DNA of 64,000 bases, from NCBI GenBank assembly GCA_020137815.1, contig CM035357.1, forward strand, positions 3,658,001 to 3,722,000. The letters run 5' to 3'. The notes beneath the pieces were generated by a model. The model was not told the origin of the DNA and ran no database searches. It saw only the letters and a list, made by a program, of their open reading frames with translations. The position numbers and the translations under genes were made by a program. Positions 35,801 through 44,900 of this stretch are shown piece after piece (position 1 is the first letter of the stretch; the number at the start of each line of letters is the position of its first letter). This DNA comes from Hormiphora californensis (taxonomy: Eukaryota > Animalia > Ctenophora).

Positions 35801-38800
35801 AGAACAAACTGACATTGATACAACACATGTTGTTCTGTCACCATATCTATCCTATCCGTATAGGGAGATGTGAGGAGAACACAAAGTCGGGTATAGACCT
35901 CCGGGCCTGCTTCAGAGAGGTATGGTCTTTCTAGGAGAATCTGCCTGCACAAAAACGAGAATTAAATCTCTGGTATCTTATAACATTGGGAAAAAAGGAG
36001 GATTCAATTCGGGAAGAAAATAAAGTTATACCTCTCCCAATATGCCATGTAATAGTGGCGATACTAGTATTTTAGGCCAGGCCCTTTTTGTCATTTTGGG
36101 GCCATTTGGTGAACTGAGACATAACAGAGGTTTTCCACTTGCATTGTACTCCTATGGGGTCTCAGAAACACCAAAAAAATTTTCCACTCCAACCGAGGTG
36201 AAGAAAGTGCCCAAAATGGCCACGCCCTTAATTGCCTGTATTTTCAGCCTCAGCCAAAAATAGTAACTTTGCTTTGGATTGGAGTAGAAACAAAAATGAG
36301 GGCACTAAAATGTGTAGAATGAGCAGCAGAATCGATTGGGACCAAGCAGAAGTCGCTATCTTGTCAGGTTCGAGAGATAATTGGATAATTAAGTATGCGC
36401 ATAACCGTTTTTGAGCCATATGGCTATAGCCACTCAGGAGCGGTTTCGACAATTTTCCTTTACAGGAGCTTGTTCAGCATATAAAAATTAGTGGGGGTAA
36501 CAAATATGAAGTTTCTATCGCATATGGTCAATGCGTTATTCAACTTCAAAGTTCGAAAAATGAGGGGGAAAAGTCGAAATTTGGTCATTTTCCCTCCTTT
36601 CCCCCTCATTTTTTGATCTTTGAAGTTGAATAACGCATTGACCTTATGCGATAGAAACTTCACATTTGTTACCCCCACTAATTTTTATATGCTGAACAAG
36701 CTCCTGTGAAGGAAAATGGTTAAAACCGCTCCTGAGTGGCTATAGCCATATGGCTCAAAAACGGTTATGCGCATACTTAATTATCCAATTATCTCTCGAA
36801 GATAGCGACTTCTGCTTGGTCCCAATCGATTCTGCTGCTCATTCTACACATTTTAGTGCCCTCATTTTTGTCTCTACTCCAATCCAAAGCAAAGTTGCTA
36901 TTTTTGGCTGAGGCTGAAAATACAGGCAATTAAGGGCGTGGCCATTTTGGGCACTTTCTTCACCTCGGTTGGAGTGGAAAATTTTTTTGGTGTTTCTGAG
37001 ACCCCATAGGAGTACAATGCAAGTGGAAAACCTCTGTTATGTCTCAGTTCACCAAATTTGCAAAAAGGGCCTGGCCTATTTACCTTCCATTTGTCTCGTG
37101 TGTTGGATCGGGGAGGTCACGCTCCAAATCTCTCAGCACCATCTCCCAACCTCCTCCTTCTGTACCATCCTCGAAATCACTTCCAACCCCGGAACTACTG
37201 CTCCACTCTTCATCATCTTGGTTGGGATCTCGGAGGCAAACCGCCCGTTCAGCTGATGCCCGGATTATGGGCGTGAAACGTTGAGTAACACGGGGTTTCA
37301 GGCTCGGTCCGGCTGTCAATGCGGGGAGCTCAGGTTTAGCAGCGAGACACTTAAATATCCTGGGGGAAATGAAGAATGTAAACCTCAGGAAAGTTTTTTG
37401 ACCACCCTCGGATCCCCCGATTAGGATGGTGATGTACCAGCGATCTCAAATCTCAATACAAGTAGACAATAGACATTGACGGGACATTCACTCGAGGCCG
37501 CCTGTTATTGAGATTTATCCTGACCCCATCATCTATCCCTTATATTGGTAATTAGAGCTTGGCTGATAGCGTAAGTGGGATATGGGGTGGATACTAATTG
37601 AGTAAACAAAACATCGCGTTTTTCCTACGTTAAAGCTAAGTAAAAACCGTAGAGCAATTTCACCAAATTCACTTCACAAATCAATAATGTAAAGATATCT
37701 AATTCCCCCTGATACCTTGGTTGTTATGTCTATCTAGGCCACACGGTACGTCATTTAAAACATTGTTTAGTCTAGAGAAACTGTAGAGAGTGAGAGAGAG
37801 AGAACAGCAGGGATTTTATTAAGAAATCATCTGGGTACTCCTTGGTAGCTAACTAAAATTAACCATGTCTTCGAAAATCTCATTTTACATGTTTGATGTT
37901 CGTTGTTCCCCCCATATACATTATATAGCTCACCCTGTGACGGATGGGGGAGGAAGTGGGGGGAGGTCTGCCAGGATCTCCGGCCGAGGAGGCCCAATTT
38001 GAGGGGTGTTGGTTGGTGCAATGGCAGGATTGACAACAGTAGGCCGGATAAACTTGGACAGAAACGAATCTGACTCTGGGAATCCTTGGAGTTGCTGAAA
38101 AAGGGGGTTATTTTCTATATGTCAAGCTGGTTCAGAAAGTTAAACAGTATAGTATCTATGGCGGATGGCCGTGTAGGTTTTATTCAAGTACTGGTAGCCA
38201 CCTCCGGGCCCCGAAGAATAGACAAAAACGGAGAAGAGAATAAAAGAAACTTCGAAATTATATACCTTTTCCATGGCCTCTATCTCGGGGCAAGATTTCA
38301 CATTTTCAAAGAGGCTATCCCTGTATTCCAGATATCGCTCACTGTATCCTGTTACTAGGGTATCACCATGGTAACGCGGCACCGTTGATGTGGAACTTGT
38401 TAGCGAGGGAATGAAACCAGTGGCAGGTTTTGTGTGGGGTTTCGAACCAGATAGTAGCGTCAGGAACTTCATCAGCCGGTCGAATTCATGTCCATCATAG
38501 GTTTCTAAATAGGGAGAGAGAGATAATAGTGATTGTATCCACTAATGATCAACTCTCCGGAGAGATTAGCCAGCTACTTAAGATTCGCATTTGGCATACA
38601 AAAAAACACAACTGAGAGAAAGTAAGAATGTAGCTAGAGAAGACATTTAAAAAATTCAACGCAACTGAAGAATCTAGCAGTTGTTATGTTCTTCATTTAT
38701 AGTACAGGGGTGCAGGGGGCGTGGTGGATGGGGGCGTGGTGCGAGAGGTCCAAGCAATACATATATAACCATTTATATACACGGTGTCCCTTAAGGAGGT

Positions 38801-40755
38801 GAAACCTCGACTAGATAAAGTTTTTTGGAGACCGGACCTAGGTTACGTATTTTTGAACGAGGAATCCGAAAAACATAAAATTAAAATCGAAAACGTAGCG
38901 GTTTTTGCGTAAAACGGCAAAAACTGTCATTTTTCAGCGATTTTCGACTTTTTACGCTTTCTAGAGATTAAAAAAATATTTCCTTACAAGATATGATCTT
39001 GTGCTTCTAGACTAATAAAATACAATCGATTTGCTACAAATTGGTCTCGGGTTTGTGTGATTTGGTCAAAAGCTCTCTTTACTGTGGCCCATCAAAGATG
39101 GCCACTCTGCAAATACGTTTTTGGCTCCTGTGGCCGCAGATGTAAACCAAAAGAAGATTTATTATACACCAAAATTTGCGTCTTCTGAAGGCGAACAACC
39201 TGGTTTTTACGAAATTTGATTTCATGCAGGCGTTCAAAAATTACAGCCGAAAAACTGGTACAGTGGATTTCGGAAATACCCCTACTTCAACAAACCCTAA
39301 TCCAGATAAGATTTCGAAAAATATACATCTTCATACATGAAAATGAAGCTCAGACAAATGCCAACGTGATGCAAAAAACGGGAAGTGTGTAACTTATTTC
39401 GTTTAGAAGCTATAGCGAAAATAAAAGTGCTTGTATTTGCCTTGAAAACATCCTCTAAAAGCCCTGAAAAATAGCAAATCTGTCTAAAAATGCAATACGA
39501 ATAAAATGTCACCTCCAGTGCACCAACTTAGCCCCCTGTGGACAGAATTTGTTTGAAATTGTCAGAAATTGTCTGAAAGTATGGTTTTTAGAGGGTGTTT
39601 TCAAGGCAAATACAAGCACTTTTATTTTCGCTATAGCTTCTAAACGAAATAAGTTACACACTTCCCGTTTTTTGCATCACGTTGGCATTTGTCTGAGCTT
39701 CATTTTCATGTATGAAGATGTATATTTTTCGAAATCTCATCTGGATTAGGGTTTGTTGAAGTAGGGGTATTTCCGAAATCCACTGTACCAGTTTTTCGGC
39801 TGTAATTTTTGAACGCCTGCATGAAATCAAATTTCGTAAAAACCAGGTTGTTCGCCTTCAGAAGACGCAAATTTTGGTGTATAATAAATCTTCTTTTGGT
39901 TTACATCTGCGGCCACAGGAGCCAAAAACGTATTTGCAGAGTGGCCATCTTTGATGGGCCACAGTAAACAGAGCTTTTGACCAAATCACACAAACCCGGG
40001 ACCAATTTGTAGCAAATCGATTGTATTTTATTAGTCTAGAAGCACAAGATCATATCTTGTAAGGAAATATTTTTTAAATCTCTAGAAAGCGTTAAAAGTC
40101 GAAAATCGCTGAAAAATGACAGTTTTTGCCGTTTTACGCAAAAACCGCTACGTTTTCGATTTTAATTTTATGTTTTTCGGATTCCTCGGTCAAAAATACG
40201 TAACCTAGGTCCGGTCTCCAAAAAACTTTATCTAGTCGAGGTTTCACCTCCTTAAGGGACACCGTGTATACATACCTTCAAGTTGAGTGACACACCCATC
40301 TAGCTGGCTGTCATCATCCAAGAATCCCTGATGACGTAGATTGTAGCAGAAGTTACCCAAATCCTCCCTCCAATGAATCTTGTCCTCATTTTCTAATACC
40401 TTATTAGGGCATTTTAGGATTAAAACACTTCCATCACGCACCAGATAATTGGAGTAAAACAAGGATAGTATTCTGTCGAAATGGTGATTAGAGATCAATC
40501 TGCATTCTCTTTCCCCCCATTTTTTTGTCACTTCCCCGCATGCATAGTTACAAAGTTCTACTAAATTCTACTTTTATTTCTCTATCTAAACAAAATAAGG
40601 AAGACGTGAACTAAACTGTGAAGACTTACCCCTTTTCTCAGAAGGTTCATGTAAATAACATTTTTAGCCAAATTCCGATCATCTGTGTAAACTTCACCCA
40701 AATCAGTGAGTAGATCCCGTACTGAAGTTAATGAGCGGACCTTTGGGATTTCCAT
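5850..40755 (-). CDS. TUBGCP6: Gamma-tubulin complex component 6, multi-exon, about 35 kb
   Basis: Colinear exon peptides match recalled GCP6: NFCYNLRHQG..LDGCVTQLE (~40300), KFLTLLSGSKP (~38460), QFVLIGVPTTIF (~35790), RFLEMWLVEG..DEF..NKDFLFW (~34640), IPAFLGELREELLNTGKLLNL (~34400), EYYSNLTAEKAREERRSMWRLQRLRL (~27030), LVNTAAVRYFLDEL..DLRSFHCMSDG (~25340), LRYDIGWPCNIVIT (~24620), IFRFLLKLK (~24470), LQIYV-like/HERYL (24227-24010), then 6517-6318 and 6055-5850 (GYKPYIDEFITRLDFNGYY). The last junctions are phase-consistent. The start codon at 40755 is inferred, and there is a frame break near 26870. Confidence 0.9.
6545..6913. mobile_element. About 370-bp insertion flanked by a 14-15 bp direct repeat; a copy of 8353-8740
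   Basis: atttgaggtgaaag(t) at 6531 and 6914. The body is closely similar to 8353-8740 and starts at the same tgtggcatcag. Confidence 0.75.
7180..8085. mobile_element. Non-autonomous foldback DNA transposon, Kolobok-like (TTAA target, AG...CT ends)
   Basis: ttaa|agtgagagagaacagcccc ... ggggctgttctctctcact|ttaa, with near-perfect arms of about 435 bp and a spacer of about 35 bp. Confidence 0.85.
8353..9427. mobile_element. About 1.07-kb insertion in the Helitron 5' region (solo-LTR-like or other retro-derived element)
   Basis: Absent from the homologous copy at 18717-19020. Bracketed by tatatatg (8347, 9428); begins tgtggca, has tgcaaca at ~9420 and AATAAA at 9171. Class uncertain. Confidence 0.5.
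10476..15713 (+). CDS. Helitron Rep/Helicase transposase, intronless, about 1745 aa from the first ATG
   Basis: Zn-finger (CTKDCGAL..CCSNGK); HUH Rep motifs PDLFITFTCNP, EFQKRGLPHTH and KYMFKYIHKG; Pif1 helicase motifs ASGGCGKTF, IFIDEAS, GDFRQTLP, QFPLRLAYALTINKAQGQ and HGQLYVAFSR. No stops. Confidence 0.97.
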   Translation: MPDTDIDDKQPTTSRNLLNNRSAANVIDSSSSSDDEEIGQHPNRQNVLNSILLELKRGENQRAYGKRRARQTSTDRRLELESRRAQYSDSSDSMSDSDREVINSGRRDSYAENADTLNSTRRQRRAENADDDNEARRQYRAANADSINESRRENRATTADATNEYQRQYHTANAESINATRRARAPVLTEEQRIARNAVRNEQRRARERRVLLEQLERGAVDINNRPDPFTTGLRDKPCTKDCGALLFERELGRSDTCCSNGKTLIPTPSILKPYPEELKDLLLGYNTDPAFTVHPRKFHDFIRNFNSAFAFASMNCNEDRLLGPGPYVFRVHGDIRYCVSTLHDSNPSYCQLYVLEGSGAEQARVNNPFNSGCSKSLMSLVSRVLLNVDNPYRAAFIRMADIERDMKARAGDTESKSVFMYFRRGSDPKRYNEPIHEGDVAAVFDGSSGLPKMPGFTVYTDAEHALESIKKDSYVQLSDDAFCGPHSTGATVDDLHRVDLADIPRHKLTLKIGCCVRLLSLIPGVSNVTTNTRLTVKSISRDFVQCSFDRGNKSVSVPRQTFNSVCQSVPFSRTQFPLKLDFSLSQISHCSQHLDPMIYPLLFPQGEQGWTTDIHRRNRGKVTELDFAQYRTAFRSTPFSPLHYSRKLFQQYVVDCQVRIESGRLGYLRSTKMQDKFSYRKDTAEGYMEHHESEQINPTGLSAGVPTVLPSSFTGGKRWMQQQYQDSMAMTAKFSKPDLFITFTCNPKHPDIVKNLGNEGFQVQNEDGTTSTVHRVSSDTPLTASDRPDIVAAAFNLHLKEFHEDLKVAFGEQQAVSGVIEFQKRGLPHTHIAVWLKDGYKFRAVEHIDKYIRADIPDPVTEPELHKIVTTSMLHECSDTRCKQDGKCSKDFPKMFSDVTTFNNDGRVQYKRPDNGRTVVKNGKEFNNSHVVPYNPYLLYKFNAHINVEACMSVKTIKYMFKYIHKGYDCAHIEKSSRDQVDEIKEFVDCRYISAPEAMWRIRELSLASRSHAVQRLAVHLPNQEVVYFRDNELPEDVLDRQQGTTLTHWFSLNAKDSVARQYLYVEIPYHYTYERAKGFTKRKNNIGDPDSLKIIPRMYYVTPRDLERFYLRLLLLRVRGATSFKDLRTYNDTVYYTFEEACRARGLLESNDEWFNCLEEASVTAMPAQLRFLFVTLLANCNPPEAKDLWDWFQDDLSEDYVHFHGLTQREASRRARYDMNNLLMRNYRVPLSNFNIESPDFMPSLEAIDNNSRDEYDYMLDAEDAWDMLNTDQRFIADTLKHELDSYGNVCCLDRPRLYFIYASGGCGKTFLANTLSTYCKGHSLKFGNCAWTGIAATLLEDGVTTHSMFKLPVPITCTSVCDVKPTSKQAEYLRSLSMIFIDEASMIPLHALRAIDVLLRDITGNSVPFGGKLIVLAGDFRQTLPVTPKSSVKGILENCAFNSPLWDHVKPLDLTVNVRADPSELEFKDWLLQLGDGTLCSTHPDATRMQIDIPPQCNVTDDIVTAVFPDFSVDRTRSVIVTPLNQDVNKLNDKILKIFEPNTSPREYRSIDTVIEDDSNEISNLTTEFLNSVNPSGMPAHCLKLKKGCTVMLLRNLDSKSGLCNGTRLRVESLGNSVIEVSVISGNSKFLGKKAFIPRIKLTPSDTALPFKLQRLQFPLRLAYALTINKAQGQEFETVGIYLPSPVFSHGQLYVAFSRAKRFSGIHVHIVNGPFQKVSNGTARTVNTVYDFTARPNKDKS
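16344..16890 (+). repeat. Diverged ~220-bp direct duplication in the Helitron 3' region (about 16344-16563 and 16674-16890)
   Basis: Shared blocks acaatttccctctcagatt, gtttcatttgtaagtattacacc and ttttaccgttttaacaggtaa. Confidence 0.85.
18124..18400. mobile_element. Palindromic MITE with a 3-bp TSD (PIF/Harbinger-like), inside the Helitron
   Basis: tgt|gggtcaccacacacc ... ggtgtgtggtgaccc|tgt, with arms of about 125 bp. Confidence 0.8.
18717..19207 (+). mobile_element. Second, short Helitron unit abutting the first; 3' end tentative
   Basis: Starts with TC immediately after CTAG and is similar to 8241-8354 plus 9428-9630. Candidate end: gagc-ac-gctc hairpin, then CTAG|T at 19204-19208. Confidence 0.55.
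19321..19550. mobile_element. Small TIR element (MITE)
   Basis: ggggggctgccgcaagaatctca ... tgagattttgcggcaggctccccc; TSD not resolved. Confidence 0.55.
19616..23130 (+). CDS. LDLa-repeat 7TM receptor (GRL101/RXFP-related 7TM, no LRRs); exons 19616-22370 and 22601-23130
   Basis: Signal peptide MKLLCTTLTVLWLA, a Thr-rich stalk and multiple LDLa motifs (CDGKSECPNGEDE, CDGHVDCKSGKDE, CDLKDDCGDGSDE). 7TM motifs NLGDLCLGIYL, CSFLGVLST, TDFFCWIP and PINSVINPLLY. The GT-AG intron 22371-22600 is in phase. Confidence 0.92.
28476..29471 (+). CDS. Single-exon orphan rhodopsin-family GPCR, antisense in a TUBGCP6 intron
   Basis: 331 aa with seven hydrophobic segments. TM2 NLAISNLLIG, TM3 Cys and LNLEKL, TM4 Trp, ECL2 Cys, TM6 FTLP. 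Confidence 0.8.
   Translation: MTSPRNGSYAIEFHHGKGGLVEQMFFTGWIAIALILNISTNTVVIGATRRKAIYCSHVSMFIMRNLAISNLLIGLFNFGPLIIFVCSSKLDLLTCQVIGYPKIPLVLPSFLLSMSLNLEKLLSMNKPIMARRLSLWPEGYLYVIGSWILSIVVFILALSKPNYETFYNATTDMCRQEFEPLETRTMVRNIIYIIVFHFCPQITNAIICYILARRVSNLATLKFKQLHRRAVKALYWIAITDIVFTLPLVVMVLFVNSPQRSLPQLSFLAHYRFRRFVIIIVYTKSCTTGIIFYATLKSFRLYVNRIVWKKLCDSVRWRLICIRVKLNRMAR
29635..30759. mobile_element. Non-autonomous TIR element with ATAT target (Sola1- or ISL2EU-like)
   Basis: atat|ggtcattttttttttaacttgtgcaa ... ttgcacaagttaaaaaaaaaatgacc|atat, with about 12 dispersed GCACCTCA/TGAGGTGC motifs. Confidence 0.8.
31435..32191. mobile_element. Tc1/pogo-like MITE
   Basis: ta|cagtcggaccccgattta ... taaatcggggtccgactg|ta, with repeated subterminal cccgattta. 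Confidence 0.9.
33606..33913. repeat. 27-bp minisatellite (gggtgctggagggaggatgttattagt), about 11 copies
   Basis: Directly visible; it explains the 9-aa repeat ORFs on both strands. Confidence 0.95.
36075..37076. mobile_element. About 1-kb foldback element flanked by TA
   Basis: ta|ggccaggccctttttg ... caaaaagggcctggcc|ta, with arms of about 490 bp. Related internal sequence occurs at ~27740-27850 and ~45443-46100. Confidence 0.85.
38780..40266. mobile_element. About 1.49-kb foldback element with Tc1/mariner-like outer ends and a possible inner TTAA-bounded Kolobok-like unit at 38795-40251
   Basis: ta|cacggtgtccc-ttaa-ggaggtgaaacc ... ggtttcacctcc-ttaa-gggacaccgtg|ta, with arms of about 680 bp and a spacer of about 125 bp. 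Confidence 0.85.
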
Positions 40756-40924
40756 CGCTCATTCCTAGTGATACACGTTGTTGGTTAAATGGTTCTTTTC
40801 TAGTTGGTTTTCGAGCAAAAGATTAGATGGAAATCATCGATACGGAATACTACGGCAGGTTGTACCCTGCATGTAGCCTGTACGGTGGCTACTGATTTGA
40901 TAAGGTTAGAGTGGAAATGTAGTA

Positions 40925-41744
40925 CAGTCGGACCCCGATTTAACGGCACCCTCGGGGGAAAGGGTTTTGTCCGTTAAATCGGGGTGTCCGTTAAATCGGG
41001 GTAGAGCATATTTGGCCCATAAAACCCTATTTTTGTCCAAAATGCTATACTAAAACACCTCTAAGTGTCCATGTATTGATTACATGATCATTTCTGATTA
41101 GAAAAAGAAATTAATTTTTTGAAATTTCAAAAAAAGTTATAAAAATTAATATATCAACCACGTCCGAATCGTTTATCGAATCAGTGCATCTTATCGCATG
41201 TCTTGCTGCTAATTAAACGGTTCGAAAAGAACCGATATGTGCATGTGATACCATGCCGAATCGGGGCACTTTAAGCGGGGTGAGGAAGAATTCGAATTTC
41301 AAAATATATTTTTCTCTGGAAATTCATGGGAAGCACCGATCAAAGCATTGACAATCATTCTGTAAAATTTTGCAAAAAAAGTTATGAAAATATTTCAAAG
41401 GTATATCAACCACGTCCGAATCGTGTTTCGAATCAGTGCATCTTGTCGCTCGTCCTGTCGCTAATTAGACGGTTCGAAAAGAACCGATACGTGATCCCCA
41501 TGGGGCCAGTTTAACAAGCGTCAAAATTGTGATTCGATGGGCCTCGTGGGGATCACATATCTGTTCATTTCGAACCGTCTAATTACCGGCAAGACATGCA
41601 ATAAGATGCACTGATTCGAAACACGATTCGGACGTGGTTGAAACACCTTTGAAAAATTTTCAAAAAAAATTTTTGGGGGAAATTTATCCTGCCGTTAAAT
41701 CGGGGTGCCGCTAAATCGGGGGCCGTTAAATCGGGGTCCGACTG
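40925..41744. mobile_element. Tc1/pogo-like MITE, same family as 31435
   Basis: Same cagtcggaccccgattta TIRs with TA flanks. Confidence 0.9.
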
Positions 41745-41944
41745 TACATAAAACTGAGGAGGATTTAAACGAAACAAATTATGGAAATAGGCGACAAAAT
41801 ATTACGAAACACAGAAAAACACAAAATCAAATTGGCTGTAGTACAAAACAAGTCACTAACTAAAATCCGTCACCAAGGGCACCAACATAACCTTCAGTGA
41901 CACTAGGGACGCAGAGAAGTTTCGAGAAATAAACAAAGATCCGT

Positions 41945-44900
41945 CTATCGATATGCTAGAACTTGATCAACAACTCTAAGCACGGTCAGCAAATTATTTG
42001 GGTTATCCCCTGAAATGGTCGAGTAAATCTCAACCAAACTTCCAGCACCGATTGTCAGCAGAGAGGAAAGGGACTTCAATAGGCTTAGGAGAATCTTAAC
42101 TTTCGGATCGCTTCCTGCTGAAGGTGTAACCTGAAATCAAGTCGTATATAAAAATCCTACCACTTGTTTTTCAAAGCAGAGGAGTTTCCCCCGGCAAATT
42201 AATTGTTGGCTAAGCAGATTTCTATCACCTTTCTCGAGCTCACTGTACAAGTTTTGTAAAGGAGGGTTGGAACATTTAAACACACCTTGTCCTGTATATT
42301 TTGTAGGCACTCCTCTGCCGCTTCTCCCCGTGCTACATCCTGGGAGGAGAGGGCCACAAGGAGTATCACTAGAGAACTGAGAAGTGTGTAGTTGCACCTC
42401 GCACACACTATGTAGATCTTTTCTTGGATAGTGTCAAACAGCTCTACCTGGCAATGACACGTGGTGTTATTATAGTGAACCACTCCATGGCGGGTCAACT
42501 GCAACATATCATATAAACCCTTTAGATATCGGGACACTGGAAGTAAGATAATAGCCCGGTAGTCAGTACCGATGTAAGTGCTGCGAATGTGGATATTATC
42601 TACTTCAAAAATTGTTTTGTGGTAAACAAAAGTTGAACACTTACATTGTTTTTAAGGTTGGTGCAGAATGCAGGGATTAAAACACTGACAAGGATACCAG
42701 CTAGCTCAGGATCTACAGCTTGGTCGATGGATTGGACGTACTGGGTAATTGAATCCATGTTGCCCATGACAACAGATCTCTTTTGTAACTCCTGTTTGGG
42801 AAGAAATCTGAGGATTTACTAAAACTAAAACTAATCAAGCATTTAAGTGAAGAACTGGGTTTCACAAAACTGGTAACGATTAGAATAACGATTAAAGAGA
42901 GAATTATGTCTAATTTGTACAAATGTTGCAACAGGTTGCCACTGACGTTATATATATAGTAGATTACTAATCCCATTTAATTTTCCATTTAATCTTCCTC
43001 GAAGTGAGCAATGAACAATTTTCGAGGGCTGCGTTATGTGTTGAAATAGTTAGGTTGTTCCATATCTGCAGCAATCCAATTTGTGCTCAATGAAATGGTT
43101 ACTGCTGGTTATGTGTGACGCACGATCCCGCCTCCATCCCGCCTCAATTTCTCACATACACGAATCGTAAAATTATCTTTTCGACCATCAAACAAGAATC
43201 ATTGCATTATGTATTCATAATGCTGTGTTTCCCTGCCCTCCCGTTTCACGTGTCACTGTCAACAGGATCAAGGCTTGGTCAAAATGTAATGTGAGATGCA
43301 TACGATCTAGCTGTCAGTATACTTCTCACATAGCTTAGTTTACTCACATGACACTTGCTAACCAGCTTTTGACATTCCAACTTAACTACTTATCTAACCT
43401 CTCACACTCGACTCGCAAGATGACAATGTGTATGTAACACGCGAAACACGCGGCAGCGCTATTCATGTTTTGTTGAGTGGCGCGCGCATACACGTCCTCC
43501 AAACTGTCTCATTGTATTTTTTGATAAAGGAGCAGCTTGTTGTTGTGCGCGCGACTCGGTTGCTACGCTAAGTACACCGGGTGGTACCGGGTTGCCCCTC
43601 GCAACGAAAGTGTGACCAAAATGGTCCCTCTACCGATTAGTTAGTATACCAAAATGTCGTTTTCGAATTCTAACCCTGCTATGCCTTTTTACAAGGTAAA
43701 AAGGCATCCGGGTGGATGCCTTCGGCATCCACCCGGGCAGGGAAAAAATACAAAGTTAAAACATATACATTATAATATGTGAGAATGGTTGATCATGCAA
43801 TGACTAATTAATGACTAATTAATGACTAGCCAATTAACTACCATGCGATAGCCACGTATGTTCAAACTGGATCGTATGTAGGTGTATAGGGAGCTTTAAT
43901 AGTTGTAACCCGTCAAAAGGCGATACAGCAATTACTATATCACTAGCGTGTAAGTGAAGTGAACTTAATTAAATTGTACCAGGTCGCATTTCAGCAAAAG
44001 AATGTATCTAGTTAGTGTTAGAGTAACTACTACATTAAATTGTCTAGGACGGACTAGATATCGGGAATAGTGAGGATTTGGGTGTCAGTTAGGGATACTC
44101 AATTCCGACAGATCTGGAAGGACATAGAGTTGGTCTATGCGGGCTTAGGCCGTTCACATGTTAGGAGAAGGGTTATTTTAGAATTTTCGTGACATGGTTG
44201 TACTCTCCCTTGACAATCTACGACGAACCATCCATCCTGAGGTATGTTAGGTACAAGTTAATAATAGTCATGTTGGTTGATTGTCCACGTATCAAGTTAT
44301 GTAGCGCGAGTAACTTGCTCAACTGATCTCACAGCAATGTGAAACTCAGAGCGATCTAAAAACATGGCAAATCATGACTACAGTCGGACCCCGTTTAGGG
44401 CCCGATTTATGACCCGATTGGGACAGATTTTTCCCCGATTGGATAGAGATACCCGAATTACTACTCAACTTGATCGTAGTGGACAAGAGTATTGCCATGG
44501 TGTCCTAAATCAGGGGTTCATGTTGTCTAATAATTGGTACGACAGGTTACATGTGGAACAACAATAAACAGGTGGTTGAGCAACTGTTTTTGTACAAACA
44601 TTAGAAACGGGGGGAGGGATATAGCCATCTCGCGGGCAAACGTCGTCGGTCGATAAGCGATGATTTTAAAAAAGTTGGGAATCACACTTTGAAGGAGTCG
44701 TTGGAGTCGAGAGGAAAACCTTAGTGTGAACATTACAACTTCATACATTGTCATAGCAGTGAGGTAGGATGATGATATTAGGTTGGTGTACAGGAATAGG
44801 AGGTCTTCATTTCGTTCTGGTGCTAGCTGGGAAACAGAAGCTGAGCGTTACAATGGGAACACAACAAAACACATGGTGGTTGGAAGAACGGATCTGGGAC

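Noticed and set aside
40845-40900. Two small hairpins upstream of TUBGCP6 as an ncRNA
   Set aside because: Stems are only 5-6 bp, with no recognisable RNA family motif.
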